Of a DNA stretch of 64,000 nt, positions 29,999-39,157 are shown piece after piece. Position numbers and translations under genes: made by a program. The stretch's first letter is position 1; the number at the start of each line of letters is the position of its first letter. Source of the stretch: an uncultured Chloroflexia bacterium (GTDB taxonomy: Bacteria > Chloroflexota > Limnocylindria > Limnocylindrales > CSP1-4). The notes beneath the pieces were generated by a model that did not search any database, was not told where the DNA came from, and saw only the letters and a program-made list of their open reading frames with translations. The DNA is taken from the NCBI GenBank assembly GCA_963707215.1, contig CAVPPB010000002.1, forward strand, positions 288,001 through 352,000. Direction: 5' to 3'.

Positions 29999-30277
29999 AG
30001 GAAGCTCCTGACGAGGGCCCTCCCGCGAGTCACGGGGCCCGGTCAGGGCGTTGGATGGATCGGGATCGGCGGTGTTCAGGACCGGGGCGCTGACCGGAGC
30101 GCCCATCGAGCACGAGGTGCGAACCATACATGAGAACCGAGGACGGCGCTCGGACCGCACGAGCCGGCCTCGAGTCGCGCTCGGCGGAACGCGACGCAAC
30201 GAGAGCGGATGACCAGCGTCCACCTGCACAGACCGCCGTCGCGCGCCTTCGCGCGCCAGGGGGATCGGAGGTATGCC

Positions 30278-33065
30278 ATGCCCGGACGGACCATCCTCAG
30301 CCGACTCGGTACGTTCCTCTGCGGTGCGGCCGTCGTCATCGCCCTCGCGCTGCCCACGGGCAGCGTCGCGGCCGCCGAGCCTTCAGCCGGGCCCGCCGTC
30401 CAGACCCTCGAGGGCGTCATCGAGACCGCCGCGCCTGCTGGCCGCGTCAACGCGCGAGCTGCGGCGGGGCTGGGCCTCAGGGAGCCCACGAGCGTCGGCC
30501 CGTCACTACCGCTCCCGGCCGGCCCGGTGAGCGCGCTGACGGCCCCGGTCGAGCCCTCGGCGGCACCCCCCGTCGCCACCGTCACTGGGCCGGCGGATCT
30601 CGCGTCCGTCGGCTTCGCCGGACTCGACTCGAGCAGCCTCCCGGCCGGGTGGGCTGAGAACCCCGGGTGGTCGGGCGTCGCCGTCGGCCCGTACGACGTC
30701 GTCCAGACGACGAGCTCCGGGTTCCGTTTCTCGGATCGAGCAGGTCGCGGCGCCTGGGAGGTGACCTACACGGACTTCCTCGGCTCGAGCCAGATCTCGG
30801 TCGCGCTCGACGGGCGAGTCGCCTGGGACGCGGAACATGAGCGCTGGATCGCCGTGGCGACCGCGGTGCGGTGCGGCTGGTGGCCCGAGGGCTACCTCAT
30901 GATCGCGGTCTCCGAGACCACGGACCCACAGTGGTTCTGGTCGTACTGGCTCCTCTCTACCGGGGACATCCCTCCCGATCGTGCCGACGTTGGGCAGCTC
31001 GAGCAACAAGGTGGTCGTCGGCTACTACGGTGCGCCGATCACCGGCTCGGGCTCCTGCTTCGACTGGGCAGGGGACGCACAGCACTAGCCCTCGTCGTGT
31101 GGACTGGTCGTCGCTGATCCCGCCCGGGACCTCGACTTCTACTGAACGGGTCCAGCAGCATCCGGGGGATCGGTGGCCGTGGCGACCGGCCCTGAACGAT
31201 CCGGGCAGCCGGCCGCGCCGGCCTATGCGGTCGCTCGCGACGCCGACGGCATCGAGCTCGCGACGATCACGGGACGGTGGCGTCGGGCATCGTGTGTCGG
31301 TCGACGAGCTCGTGGGGCGTTGCGCCGCCCCGACCCCCGATTGGTCCGGCCCGACCCGACGTCGTTCGGCGGGGAACCGAGCTCTTCATGGTCGCCAGGC
31401 GATCTCTGCGACCCGGCCCTCGACGGGACCGCTCCGTGCGTGCGCATCTCCTCGGTGTCGACGAGCGGCACGAGCTGGCTGCAGGACTTCACGATCGGGA
31501 TCGAGGGTCAGGACGTGTCCCAGGGCGCTGTCGAGGTGGCCGGCGACGGGACGCTGCACGTGACGTTCAGCGCCCGCCCATCGAGCCCGCAGGCTGGCGT
31601 CGGTGCATCGACCTGGGCCGTCCACCAGGCCAAGACCGCGCCGGCCGGGACGGTCAGCCCCCCGACGCTGATCGCTCGGGGTGCCTACCTGCCGTCGGGC
31701 GACGTCCTCGGCGGCGTCAGCAGGCTCGCGCCCGACCCGAGCGACCCACATGCGGTCTGGCAGGCCGACGCCTACGGCGGCCGCCCCGGCGGCGGCTGGT
31801 CGACCTGGGTCTCGCAGCTCCGGACGGGCGTGCCGGAGGCCCCGGCAGGCTTGCTCTCGATCGAGTCCGGGCGACCCACGACCCACGCCCTCGATGTCCG
31901 GCTCTCCGCCGTCCCGGCCAGCGGGTCCCGGATCCTGCTCTCGAGCTCCAACGCCACGGCTGCCGGGAAGCTGTCGCATGCGCTGGACCTCGAGCCGTCG
32001 CCCGACATCCTGTGGGACCTGGCCGACCCGGCCTACGGCGGCTCGACCGCCACGGGCGATCGGCGCGTCTACTTCCAATGGGGTGATGGCGCGGGTGCCT
32101 GGTCGTCCGTCCAGAGTGCCGTGATCCGCTACGCGGGCCCGCCGGCCGTCATCCGCATCTACGGAGCCGACCGCTATGCGACCGCGGCGGCCGTCGCACG
32201 AACGAACTACGCCCCTGGCGTCCCGGCCGTCTACGTCGCCACGGGTCTCAACTTCCCCGACGCCCTGGCAGGTGCCGGGGCAGCCGGCTTCGAGGGCGCC
32301 CCGGTCCTGCTCGTCACCGCCGATCGAATCCCGGCCGCGACGGCCCAGGCGCTCACCTCTCTCAAGCCTGAGCGGATCGTGATCCTGGGCGGCACCGGCG
32401 TCGTGTCAAACCCCGTCCGGACCGCGCTGGCCGCCTACGTTCCCGGTGGGGCGGCCTCGGTGTCGCGGCTGGCTGGACCGGACCGCTACGCGACGGCCGC
32501 GGCGATCTCGGCCGCGACGTATGAGCCCGGCGTCAACGAGGTGCTGATCGCGACCGGGCTCAACTTCCCGGATGCCCTGGCGGGCACCGCCATCGCGGCT
32601 CGAGATGGTGCGCCGTTGCTGCTCGTCACCCGCACGACCGTCCCCAGCGCGACCGCCGCCGAGTTGGCTCGTCTGAAGCCGCACAGGATCGTGATCCTGG
32701 GCGGGGAGGGGGTCGTCGGCCCGGCGTTGGTCAGCGCCCTTCGGAAGTACACCGACGGGGGGATCTTCCGGGTGTCCGGAGCTGACCGATACGAGACGGC
32801 CGCAGCGATCTCGTGGGTGTGGTTCGGCGAGCACCCGGCGGTCGGCTTCGTGGCCACCGGCCTCAATTTCCCGGATGCGCTCGCCGGAGGAGCGCTCGCT
32901 GGGCGACTTGGGAGTCCGCTCGTCCTCGTGCCCGGTATCTCGATCCCGGCTCCGATCGATGAGGTGCTCGAGTTCCTGGCTCCGCCCGAGTTCGACGTCC
33001 TCGGTGGCCCGAGCGTCGTCTCGAACGGGGTCATGACCTCGCTGGCGAGCTACCTCGGGCCCTAG
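30278..33065 (+). CDS. Secreted surface protein with three C-terminal cell-wall-binding repeat 2 (CWB2) domains; frameshifted at about 30980-31400
   Basis: Signal peptide; three copies of R..G.DRY.TA..(I/V)..[23 protein letters not shown]; reading frame broken in the middle. Confidence 0.8.
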
Positions 33066-33119
33066 GGTCCGAGTAGCGAGGAAACCGGCAGTCCCCGGGA
33101 GGTCGGCCGTCCACCGCGC

Positions 33120-33863
33120 CTACTCCCAGCGGAAGGTCCGGGCCGTCAGGAGGGTCGCGCCGACGGCCCAGGCCGCCAGCACGATGAGCGGCTGGGCGGC
33201 ATCGCCGCCGTCCAGCCCGGCCCGCAGCGCCTCGGTGAGGGCCGCGGGTGGCAGCAGCTCCGCGAGGACGGGCACCGCGGCCGGGAGCCGGTCGAGCGGG
33301 ACGATGATCCCGCCGACCAGGAGGCAGGCCAGGAAGAGGCCGTTCGCGGCCGCCATCGTGGCTTCCGGGCGGAGCCGACCGGCCATCGCCAGGCCCAGGG
33401 CCGAGAAGGCGAGGGCGCCCAGGACGAGTGCCGAGAGGACGACGATCGGCGACGTCTCCGGCCCGGGCCGCCAGCCCAGCCCGACCGCCACGGCGACGAG
33501 CAGCGCCGCTTGCAGGGTGACCGTGACGGCGACCGCGATCGCCTTCGCCGTGACGATGCCGCCCCGGGGGAGCGGCGAACCGGCCAGCCGCTTGAGGACC
33601 CCGTAGCCGCGCTCGTACCCGGTCGAGATGGCCAGGCTCACGAGCCCGGTCGCGATGACGGCGAGCGAGATCGTCCCCGGCAGGAGCAGCGCGACCGGAT
33701 CCTCGGCGCCGAGATCGATGACCGGGACCGCGGTGAAGAAGACCAGGATCGCGACCGGGATGATGAGGGTCACGAGGAGGTTCTCGGGCCGGCGCGCGGT
33801 CACCCGCAGCTCCCACGAGGCGAGGGCGCTCACGGCCCCTGGGACCGACGCCGGCCGGCTCAC
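33120..33863 (-). CDS. ABC-2 type exporter permease
   Basis: Six TM helices, YERGYGVLKRL motif; GTGA overlap with ATPase stop. Confidence 0.85.
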   Translation of the reverse strand: MSRPASVPGAVSALASWELRVTARRPENLLVTLIIPVAILVFFTAVPVIDLGAEDPVALLLPGTISLAVIATGLVSLAISTGYERGYGVLKRLAGSPLPRGGIVTAKAIAVAVTVTLQAALLVAVAVGLGWRPGPETSPIVVLSALVLGALAFSALGLAMAGRLRPEATMAAANGLFLACLLVGGIIVPLDRLPAAVPVLAELLPPAALTEALRAGLDGGDAAQPLIVLAAWAVGATLLTARTFRWE

Positions 33864-34882
33864 GGCGTCCACTCCGGCTCGGCCGGGTCGGTGGCCCCGG
33901 GCTCTCCGACCTCGCCGGCGGTCTCGCCACCATCGTTCGCATCAGGACCGACGAGCTCCAGGTAGCGCTCCTCCAGCGATGGGCCGATCGCCCGCAGCTC
34001 GAGGGCGTGGACGTCCTGCTCTGCCAGCCACGTCGCGACCGCAGCCGTGAGGGCCGGGGACGGCTCCACGTCCTCGACGACGAGCGAGCGCGGTTCGTCC
34101 AGGACCGCCACGCGGCTTGCCCCGACCGGTGCGATGGCCGCCTCCAGGGATCCCCGCTCGTCGGCGGAGAGCGGGCGCTCCAGGCGCAGGCGGAGCCGCG
34201 GGCCCGCTCCCGCCAGGAGCTCGGCCGGCGTGCCCGACGCCACCAGCCGACCGTGATCGATGATGGCGATGCGGTCGGCCAGCCGCTCCACGTCGGGTAG
34301 CTCGTGGGACGTCAGGAGGACCGTCGCTCCGGCGTCGCGCAGCGCCCGGAGCCGCTCCCGCGCGGCGACCTTGGCAGCCGGATCCATCCCCGCGGTCGGT
34401 TCGTCGAGGATCAGGAGCTCTGGTCGGCCGACCAGAGCGAGCCCCAGGGACAGGCGCTGGCGCTCGCCGCCCGAGAGGCGTCGCCAGGGGGTCGTGGCGA
34501 CCGCTTCCAGGCCCAGCTCGCTGAGCAGCTGGTCCGGGTCGAGTGGATCGACCCAGAAGCGGGCGTACAGGCGGAGCAGCTCCCGGGGCCTGGCCAGCGG
34601 CTGGACGCCGCCCTCCTGGAGCATCAGACCAAGGCGCTCGCGAAGCGCCCGGCCCTGACCCCACGGGTCGAGGCCCAGGACCATGGCGCTGCCTCCATCG
34701 GCCCGTCGGTAGCCTTCGACGATCTCGACCGTCGTCGTCTTGCCCGCGCCGTTCGGCCCGAGGAGTGCCGTGATCGAGCTCCGCGCCACGGTGAGGTCGA
34801 GGCCGTCGACGACGGCTCGTCCGTCGTACCGCTTGACCAGGCCCTCGATCCGGACAGCCGGCCCCGCGGCCGAGGTCGTCAC
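33860..34882 (-). CDS. ABC transporter ATP-binding protein
   Basis: GPNGAGKTT, LSGGERQR, LILDEPT, TSH. Confidence 0.9.
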   Translation of the reverse strand: MTTSAAGPAVRIEGLVKRYDGRAVVDGLDLTVARSSITALLGPNGAGKTTTVEIVEGYRRADGGSAMVLGLDPWGQGRALRERLGLMLQEGGVQPLARPRELLRLYARFWVDPLDPDQLLSELGLEAVATTPWRRLSGGERQRLSLGLALVGRPELLILDEPTAGMDPAAKVAARERLRALRDAGATVLLTSHELPDVERLADRIAIIDHGRLVASGTPAELLAGAGPRLRLRLERPLSADERGSLEAAIAPVGASRVAVLDEPRSLVVEDVEPSPALTAAVATWLAEQDVHALELRAIGPSLEERYLELVGPDANDGGETAGEVGEPGATDPAEPEWTP

Positions 34883-35424
34883 GGGGCGATCTTCGCCCAC
34901 TGCTGGTCGAAGTCCTCCGGCAGCAGCTCGCCGATGTGGATCCCCTGGACGATCCCGGCGGCATCGATGAAGTAGGTCTGCGGCGGGGCGACGACCCGGT
35001 ACGCTTCGGCGAAGGCATCGTCCGGGTCGTCGACGGTCGGCCAGGTCGCCCCGAACTCGGTCACGAACGCCTGGGCCGGTGCCGGGTCGTCCTTGAACAG
35101 GACCCCGACCAGGGCCATCCCGTCGGCCTCGTGGGCGTCCAGCGCCTCGTCCAGGACCGGGAACTCGTTGCGGCACGGCGTGCACCAGGACGCCCAGAAG
35201 TTGACGACGACGGGTCGTCCGCGCAGGTCCGCCAGGTCGAACGCGGCCCCATCGAGCGTCGAGCCGGCGATGGCGGGGGCCGAGGAGCCGATCGAGCCGC
35301 CCTGGCTCCCGTCGGAGCCGCAGCCGGCAACGACCAGGAGCGACGCCAGGATCGCGGCGAGCAAGCGGGGTCGCGTCACAGCTCGGGAACGAGGAGGGGC
35401 CGCCCGGCCTGGATCGCTGGTCAT
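34879..35424 (-). CDS. TlpA/ResA-family thiol-disulfide oxidoreductase lipoprotein
   Basis: Lipobox VAGC, NFWASWCTPC, PQTYFID. Confidence 0.88.
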   Translation of the reverse strand: MTSDPGRAAPPRSRAVTRPRLLAAILASLLVVAGCGSDGSQGGSIGSSAPAIAGSTLDGAAFDLADLRGRPVVVNFWASWCTPCRNEFPVLDEALDAHEADGMALVGVLFKDDPAPAQAFVTEFGATWPTVDDPDDAFAEAYRVVAPPQTYFIDAAGIVQGIHIGELLPEDFDQQWAKIAP

Positions 35425-35484
35425 CGGTCCATCCTCGTCGCTGGGCCCCGTCGAGGCAACGGCGACGCTGGCAGGTCCGTCGTC

Positions 35485-36621
35485 CTAGCCGCCCGCCGTC
35501 ATCGTCCCGACCATGTTCGGATGGACGGTACAGATGAACGGGTAGGTCCCGGCGGGCAGGGCCGGGACCTCGTAGACCCGGGTCTCGACGCCGTTGAAGA
35601 TGTCGCCGAGGAAGACGGTCGCACCACTCTCGTCCCTGATCTCGACGTTGTGGGGCACGCCGGCGTCGAGATTGACGAAGGCGATGGTGAAGGGCCGGTC
35701 CGCGGGGATCGCCACGTCGGTCTCGAGGAACGCGATGCCCTGGGCCGTGATCGTCACGTCGGCCTGGGGGATCTCGGGGGCGGCGGAGGCTCCCGGTTCG
35801 GCCGAGGCGCCGGGCGCACCCGAGGCGCCGGGCGACGGCGATGCCCCGCCGCCGCCGTCGCCGGCGCTGGCGGGCGGCAGGACGCCGGCGTTGATGGCGA
35901 CGGCGACCACCACCAGCACCGCCGCGGCCGCGAACGAGCCGGTCGGGAACCGTGGGTCGGGACCGTTGTCGAGGTGGCCGGTCCGGTCGGCCTCCACGGT
36001 CGCGTTGTACTCCCGGCGGGCGTCGCGCAGCCACCCCAGCAGCGCCCAGACGACGACGATGAGGCCGGCGACGAGTAGCGCGCCGCCGAAGACGACCCCC
36101 AGGAAGAGGACCGCGGCGGACAGGGCGACGAGGAACGGCCGGTACGACGGCCCGGGGACGTGGACGCCGGGCGGCGGGCCGGACGGCACCACAGCCGGCA
36201 GCTGGGCTGCGCTCGCCTCGTGCTCGTCGGGCGCCGCGTGCTCGTAGTCGGTCATGGCTTCGCGGAGCCAGTACAGGAGCGTCAGGGCCAGCACGCTCAG
36301 GCCGACGATGAGGACCCAGCCGCCCAGGACGAGACCGGCGAACGCGAGGAACGCCCCGAACGCGGCCAGGAACGGCGCCAGCGAGGGCCCGGGCATGTGG
36401 ATCCCCGGCGGCGGCGCCGATGGTCTTCGCTGGTAGCCGCGCCGGGTGGGACCGGCCGACATCCAGCGCCGGGCGAACCAGGCCAGGAAGGCGACGACCA
36501 GGACGAGCAGGATGACCGGGATGAGCGACACCAGCTCGCCCCAGTCGGGCATCACGAAGACCTGGGTCAGCTCGAGGATCGACTCCCAGATCCCCTGGAT
36601 GAACTCCCAGACAGGCTCCAC
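35485..36621 (-). CDS. CtaF (oxidase subunit IV)-like membrane protein with duplicated helical hairpin and C-terminal cupredoxin
   Basis: Two HxPGPS..PF..A-TM-TM-WLR(E/D)A..(D/E)Y repeats; C-terminal HNVEI...CTVHPNM; last structural gene of cox operon. Confidence 0.7.
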   Translation of the reverse strand: MEPVWEFIQGIWESILELTQVFVMPDWGELVSLIPVILLVLVVAFLAWFARRWMSAGPTRRGYQRRPSAPPPGIHMPGPSLAPFLAAFGAFLAFAGLVLGGWVLIVGLSVLALTLLYWLREAMTDYEHAAPDEHEASAAQLPAVVPSGPPPGVHVPGPSYRPFLVALSAAVLFLGVVFGGALLVAGLIVVVWALLGWLRDARREYNATVEADRTGHLDNGPDPRFPTGSFAAAAVLVVVAVAINAGVLPPASAGDGGGGASPSPGASGAPGASAEPGASAAPEIPQADVTITAQGIAFLETDVAIPADRPFTIAFVNLDAGVPHNVEIRDESGATVFLGDIFNGVETRVYEVPALPAGTYPFICTVHPNMVGTMTAGG

Positions 36622-36640
36622 GTCGGGTCCGGCCCTGGAC

Positions 36641-36838
36641 TCAGTCGCCGCGCGGGGAGCCGGCCGCGAGGACGTAGGCCATCAGGCTCATGGCGAGGCC
36701 GAGGGCGAGCAGCATCGTGAAGCCGGCGACGTCGACGACGCCCCCGAAGATGATGGGCACCGCCACGTAGACGACGGCGATGACGGCGAACACGACCCCC
36801 ACGAGGAGCGCGTTCCGAGGGTGGCGCAGGATGTGCAT
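36641..36838 (-). CDS. Small two-TM protein resembling the N-terminal half of actinobacterial CtaF
   Basis: 65 aa MHILRHPRNALLVGVVFAVIAVVY..DVAGFTMLLALGLAMSLMAYVL; TGATG overlap with ctaE stop. Confidence 0.65.
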   Translation of the reverse strand: MHILRHPRNALLVGVVFAVIAVVYVAVPIIFGGVVDVAGFTMLLALGLAMSLMAYVLAAGSPRGD

Positions 36839-37488
36839 CAGGCGCCTCCGCTCGTGCCGGGCAGGATGTAGAGGATCGTGAACAGGGCGATCCAGACGAC
36901 GTCGACGAAGTGCCAGTAGAGGGACGTCGCCTCGACGGCATCGTGGTGGCGGGCTGAGAACTGGCCGGCCATGCCGCGGTAGAGCACGACGCTCAGCATG
37001 ACGACCCCGCCCAGGACGTGGGCGCCGTGGAAGCCGGTCAGCGTGTAGAAGGTGCTGCCGAACGCTCCCGAGTCGAGGGTCACGCCGTCGCTCCAGAGGA
37101 CGATGTAGTCGGTGAACTGGATGACGAGGAAGACGATGCCGAGGGCCAGCGTCACCGCGATGTTGCGGACGAACCCGGTCCGGTCGCCCTTGCGGATCGC
37201 CCAGACCGCGAACTGGCAGGTGAACGAGCTCAGGACCAGCAGGATCGTCGCCGGCCCGGCGAAGGGCAGGACGTGGAGGACGTCGGCGAACTCCGCCGGG
37301 GGCCACTCGGGGGCCGCCGTCCGGACGTTGAAGTAGGCCGCGAACAGGCCCGCGAAGAACATCACCTCGGAGGCGATGAACAGGATCATCCCCAGGATCG
37401 GGTTGCTGATCCCGCCGCGGGTGTCGTGGGCCAGGCCGCCGACCGGGCTGTGCTCGGTCGTGGTCAGGGCCTGCGGTTCGGCGGTCAC
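36838..37488 (-). CDS. ctaE: Heme-copper oxidase subunit III
   Basis: LFIASEVMFFAGLF, FYTLTGFHGAHV, YWHFVDVVW. Confidence 0.93.
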   Translation of the reverse strand: MTAEPQALTTTEHSPVGGLAHDTRGGISNPILGMILFIASEVMFFAGLFAAYFNVRTAAPEWPPAEFADVLHVLPFAGPATILLVLSSFTCQFAVWAIRKGDRTGFVRNIAVTLALGIVFLVIQFTDYIVLWSDGVTLDSGAFGSTFYTLTGFHGAHVLGGVVMLSVVLYRGMAGQFSARHHDAVEATSLYWHFVDVVWIALFTILYILPGTSGGA

Positions 37489-37521
37489 GTCAGATGCTCC
37501 TCCGTCGGTCGTTCGCGCGGG

Positions 37522-39144
37522 TCAGTGGCCGGCGGCCTGGCCGTGCCGGGCATCGAAGACGGGCCGCTCCGAGCGGATCTCCGGCAGGTGGTCGAAGTTG
37601 TAGGCAGGCGGCGGCGAGGCGGTCGCCCACTCGAGGGTGTTGCCCTCCCACGGGTCATCGCCGGCGTGCTTGCCGCCGCGCAGCGAGACGAAGACGTTGA
37701 ACAGGAAGGGCAGGATCCCGAGGGCGATGACGAAGCCGCCGATCGTGGCCACGAGGTTCAGGTCGTTCCAGCCGGCGCTCGCGCTGTAGTCGGCGATGCG
37801 CCGGGGCATCCCGGCCAGGCCCAGCTGGTGCATCGGGAAGAAGGTCAGGTTGAAGCCGATGAACAGCAGGACGAACTGGAACTTGCCCATTGTCTCGTTG
37901 AGCATCCGGCCGGTCATCTTGGGGAACCAGTAGAAGATCCCGGCGAAGACCGCGAAGACGGACCCGCCGAAGAGCACGTAGTGGATGTGGGCCACGACGT
38001 AGTACGTGTCGTGGAGGGCGAAGTCCACCGGCACCGAGGCGTGGAAGGCGCCGTTGATCCCGCCGATGAGGAACATCGTCAGGAAGCCCAGGGCGTAGAG
38101 CATCGGCGTGGTGAAGCTCAGCTGGCCGCGGAACATCGTGGCGATCCAGTTGAACATCTTGACGCCGGTGGGGATGGCGATCAGGAAGGTCATGAACGAG
38201 AAGAACGGCAGGAAGACCGAACCGGTCGTGAACATGTGGTGGGCCCAGACCGAGAAGCCCAGGGCCCCGATGCCCGCGGTCGCGAAGACGAAGGCCTTGT
38301 AGCCGAAGAGGGGTTTGCGGCTGAAGACCGGCAGGACCTCGCTGATGATCCCCATCGCCGGCAGGATCATGATGTAGACGGCCGGGTGCGAGTAGAACCA
38401 GAACACGTTCTGCCACAGCACCGCGCTGCCGCCCAGGGCCGGGTCGAAGAAGTGACCGCCGTAGTTGCGGTCGATGAAGAGCATGATCAGGCCGCTCGTC
38501 AGGACCGGCGTGGCCATGAGGACCAGGACGCTGGTCACCAGGACCGTCCAGACCATGATCGGCATCCGGAAGAGGGTCATGCCCGGCGCCCGCATCTTGA
38601 AGATCGTCACCAGGAAGTTGACGGCGCCCAGGATGGAGCTCGTCCCGATGAGGGTCACGGCCATCAGCCAGAGGTCGACGCCGGTGCCGGAGAAGGCCGC
38701 CCCCGAGAGCGGCGGGTAGGAGGTCCACCCAGCGGCCGCGGCGCCGCCGTCGACGAAGAAGCCGGCGCACATGAGGATGCCGGCCAGCGGCAGCATCCAG
38801 AAGCTCAGGGCGTTGATCCGCGGGAAGGCCATGTCCGGGGCGCCGATCATCAGCGGCACGGCGTAGTTGCCGAAGCCGGCCAGCATCGGGATCACGAACA
38901 GGAAGAGCATCAGGCTCGCGTGCATCGTGAAGGCCTGGTTGTAGGCCTCTTCGCCGAGGATCTGCAGCCCCGGCTGGGCCAGCTCGGCCCGCACCCCCAG
39001 GGCGAGCAGGCCGCCCAGGAAGAAGAAGATGAACGAGTTGATGACGTAGAGGATCCCGATCTTCTTGTGATCGGTCGTCGTCACCCACTCGTAGATGGCG
39101 CTCCGGCGGGCGGGGATGGCGGGATTCAGGGCGGTGGTGGCCAT
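37522..39144 (-). CDS. ctaD: Heme-copper oxidase subunit I, A2 type
   Basis: TTDHKKIG, PDMAFPR, WFYSHPAVY (A2 signature), WAHHM, HDTYYVVAHIHY, GMPRR. Confidence 0.96.
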   Translation of the reverse strand: MATTALNPAIPARRSAIYEWVTTTDHKKIGILYVINSFIFFFLGGLLALGVRAELAQPGLQILGEEAYNQAFTMHASLMLFLFVIPMLAGFGNYAVPLMIGAPDMAFPRINALSFWMLPLAGILMCAGFFVDGGAAAAGWTSYPPLSGAAFSGTGVDLWLMAVTLIGTSSILGAVNFLVTIFKMRAPGMTLFRMPIMVWTVLVTSVLVLMATPVLTSGLIMLFIDRNYGGHFFDPALGGSAVLWQNVFWFYSHPAVYIMILPAMGIISEVLPVFSRKPLFGYKAFVFATAGIGALGFSVWAHHMFTTGSVFLPFFSFMTFLIAIPTGVKMFNWIATMFRGQLSFTTPMLYALGFLTMFLIGGINGAFHASVPVDFALHDTYYVVAHIHYVLFGGSVFAVFAGIFYWFPKMTGRMLNETMGKFQFVLLFIGFNLTFFPMHQLGLAGMPRRIADYSASAGWNDLNLVATIGGFVIALGILPFLFNVFVSLRGGKHAGDDPWEGNTLEWATASPPPAYNFDHLPEIRSERPVFDARHGQAAGH

Positions 39145-39157
39145 CGCGGAGACTCCC

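Noticed and set aside
33860-36034. Apparent giant fusions in the ORF track (33860-36034, 39095-41677, 57272-59857, 13890-17114, 61120-63363)
   Set aside because: The N-terminal extensions are Arg/Pro-rich read-through over neighbouring genes; real starts are supported by SDs or stop-start overlaps downstream
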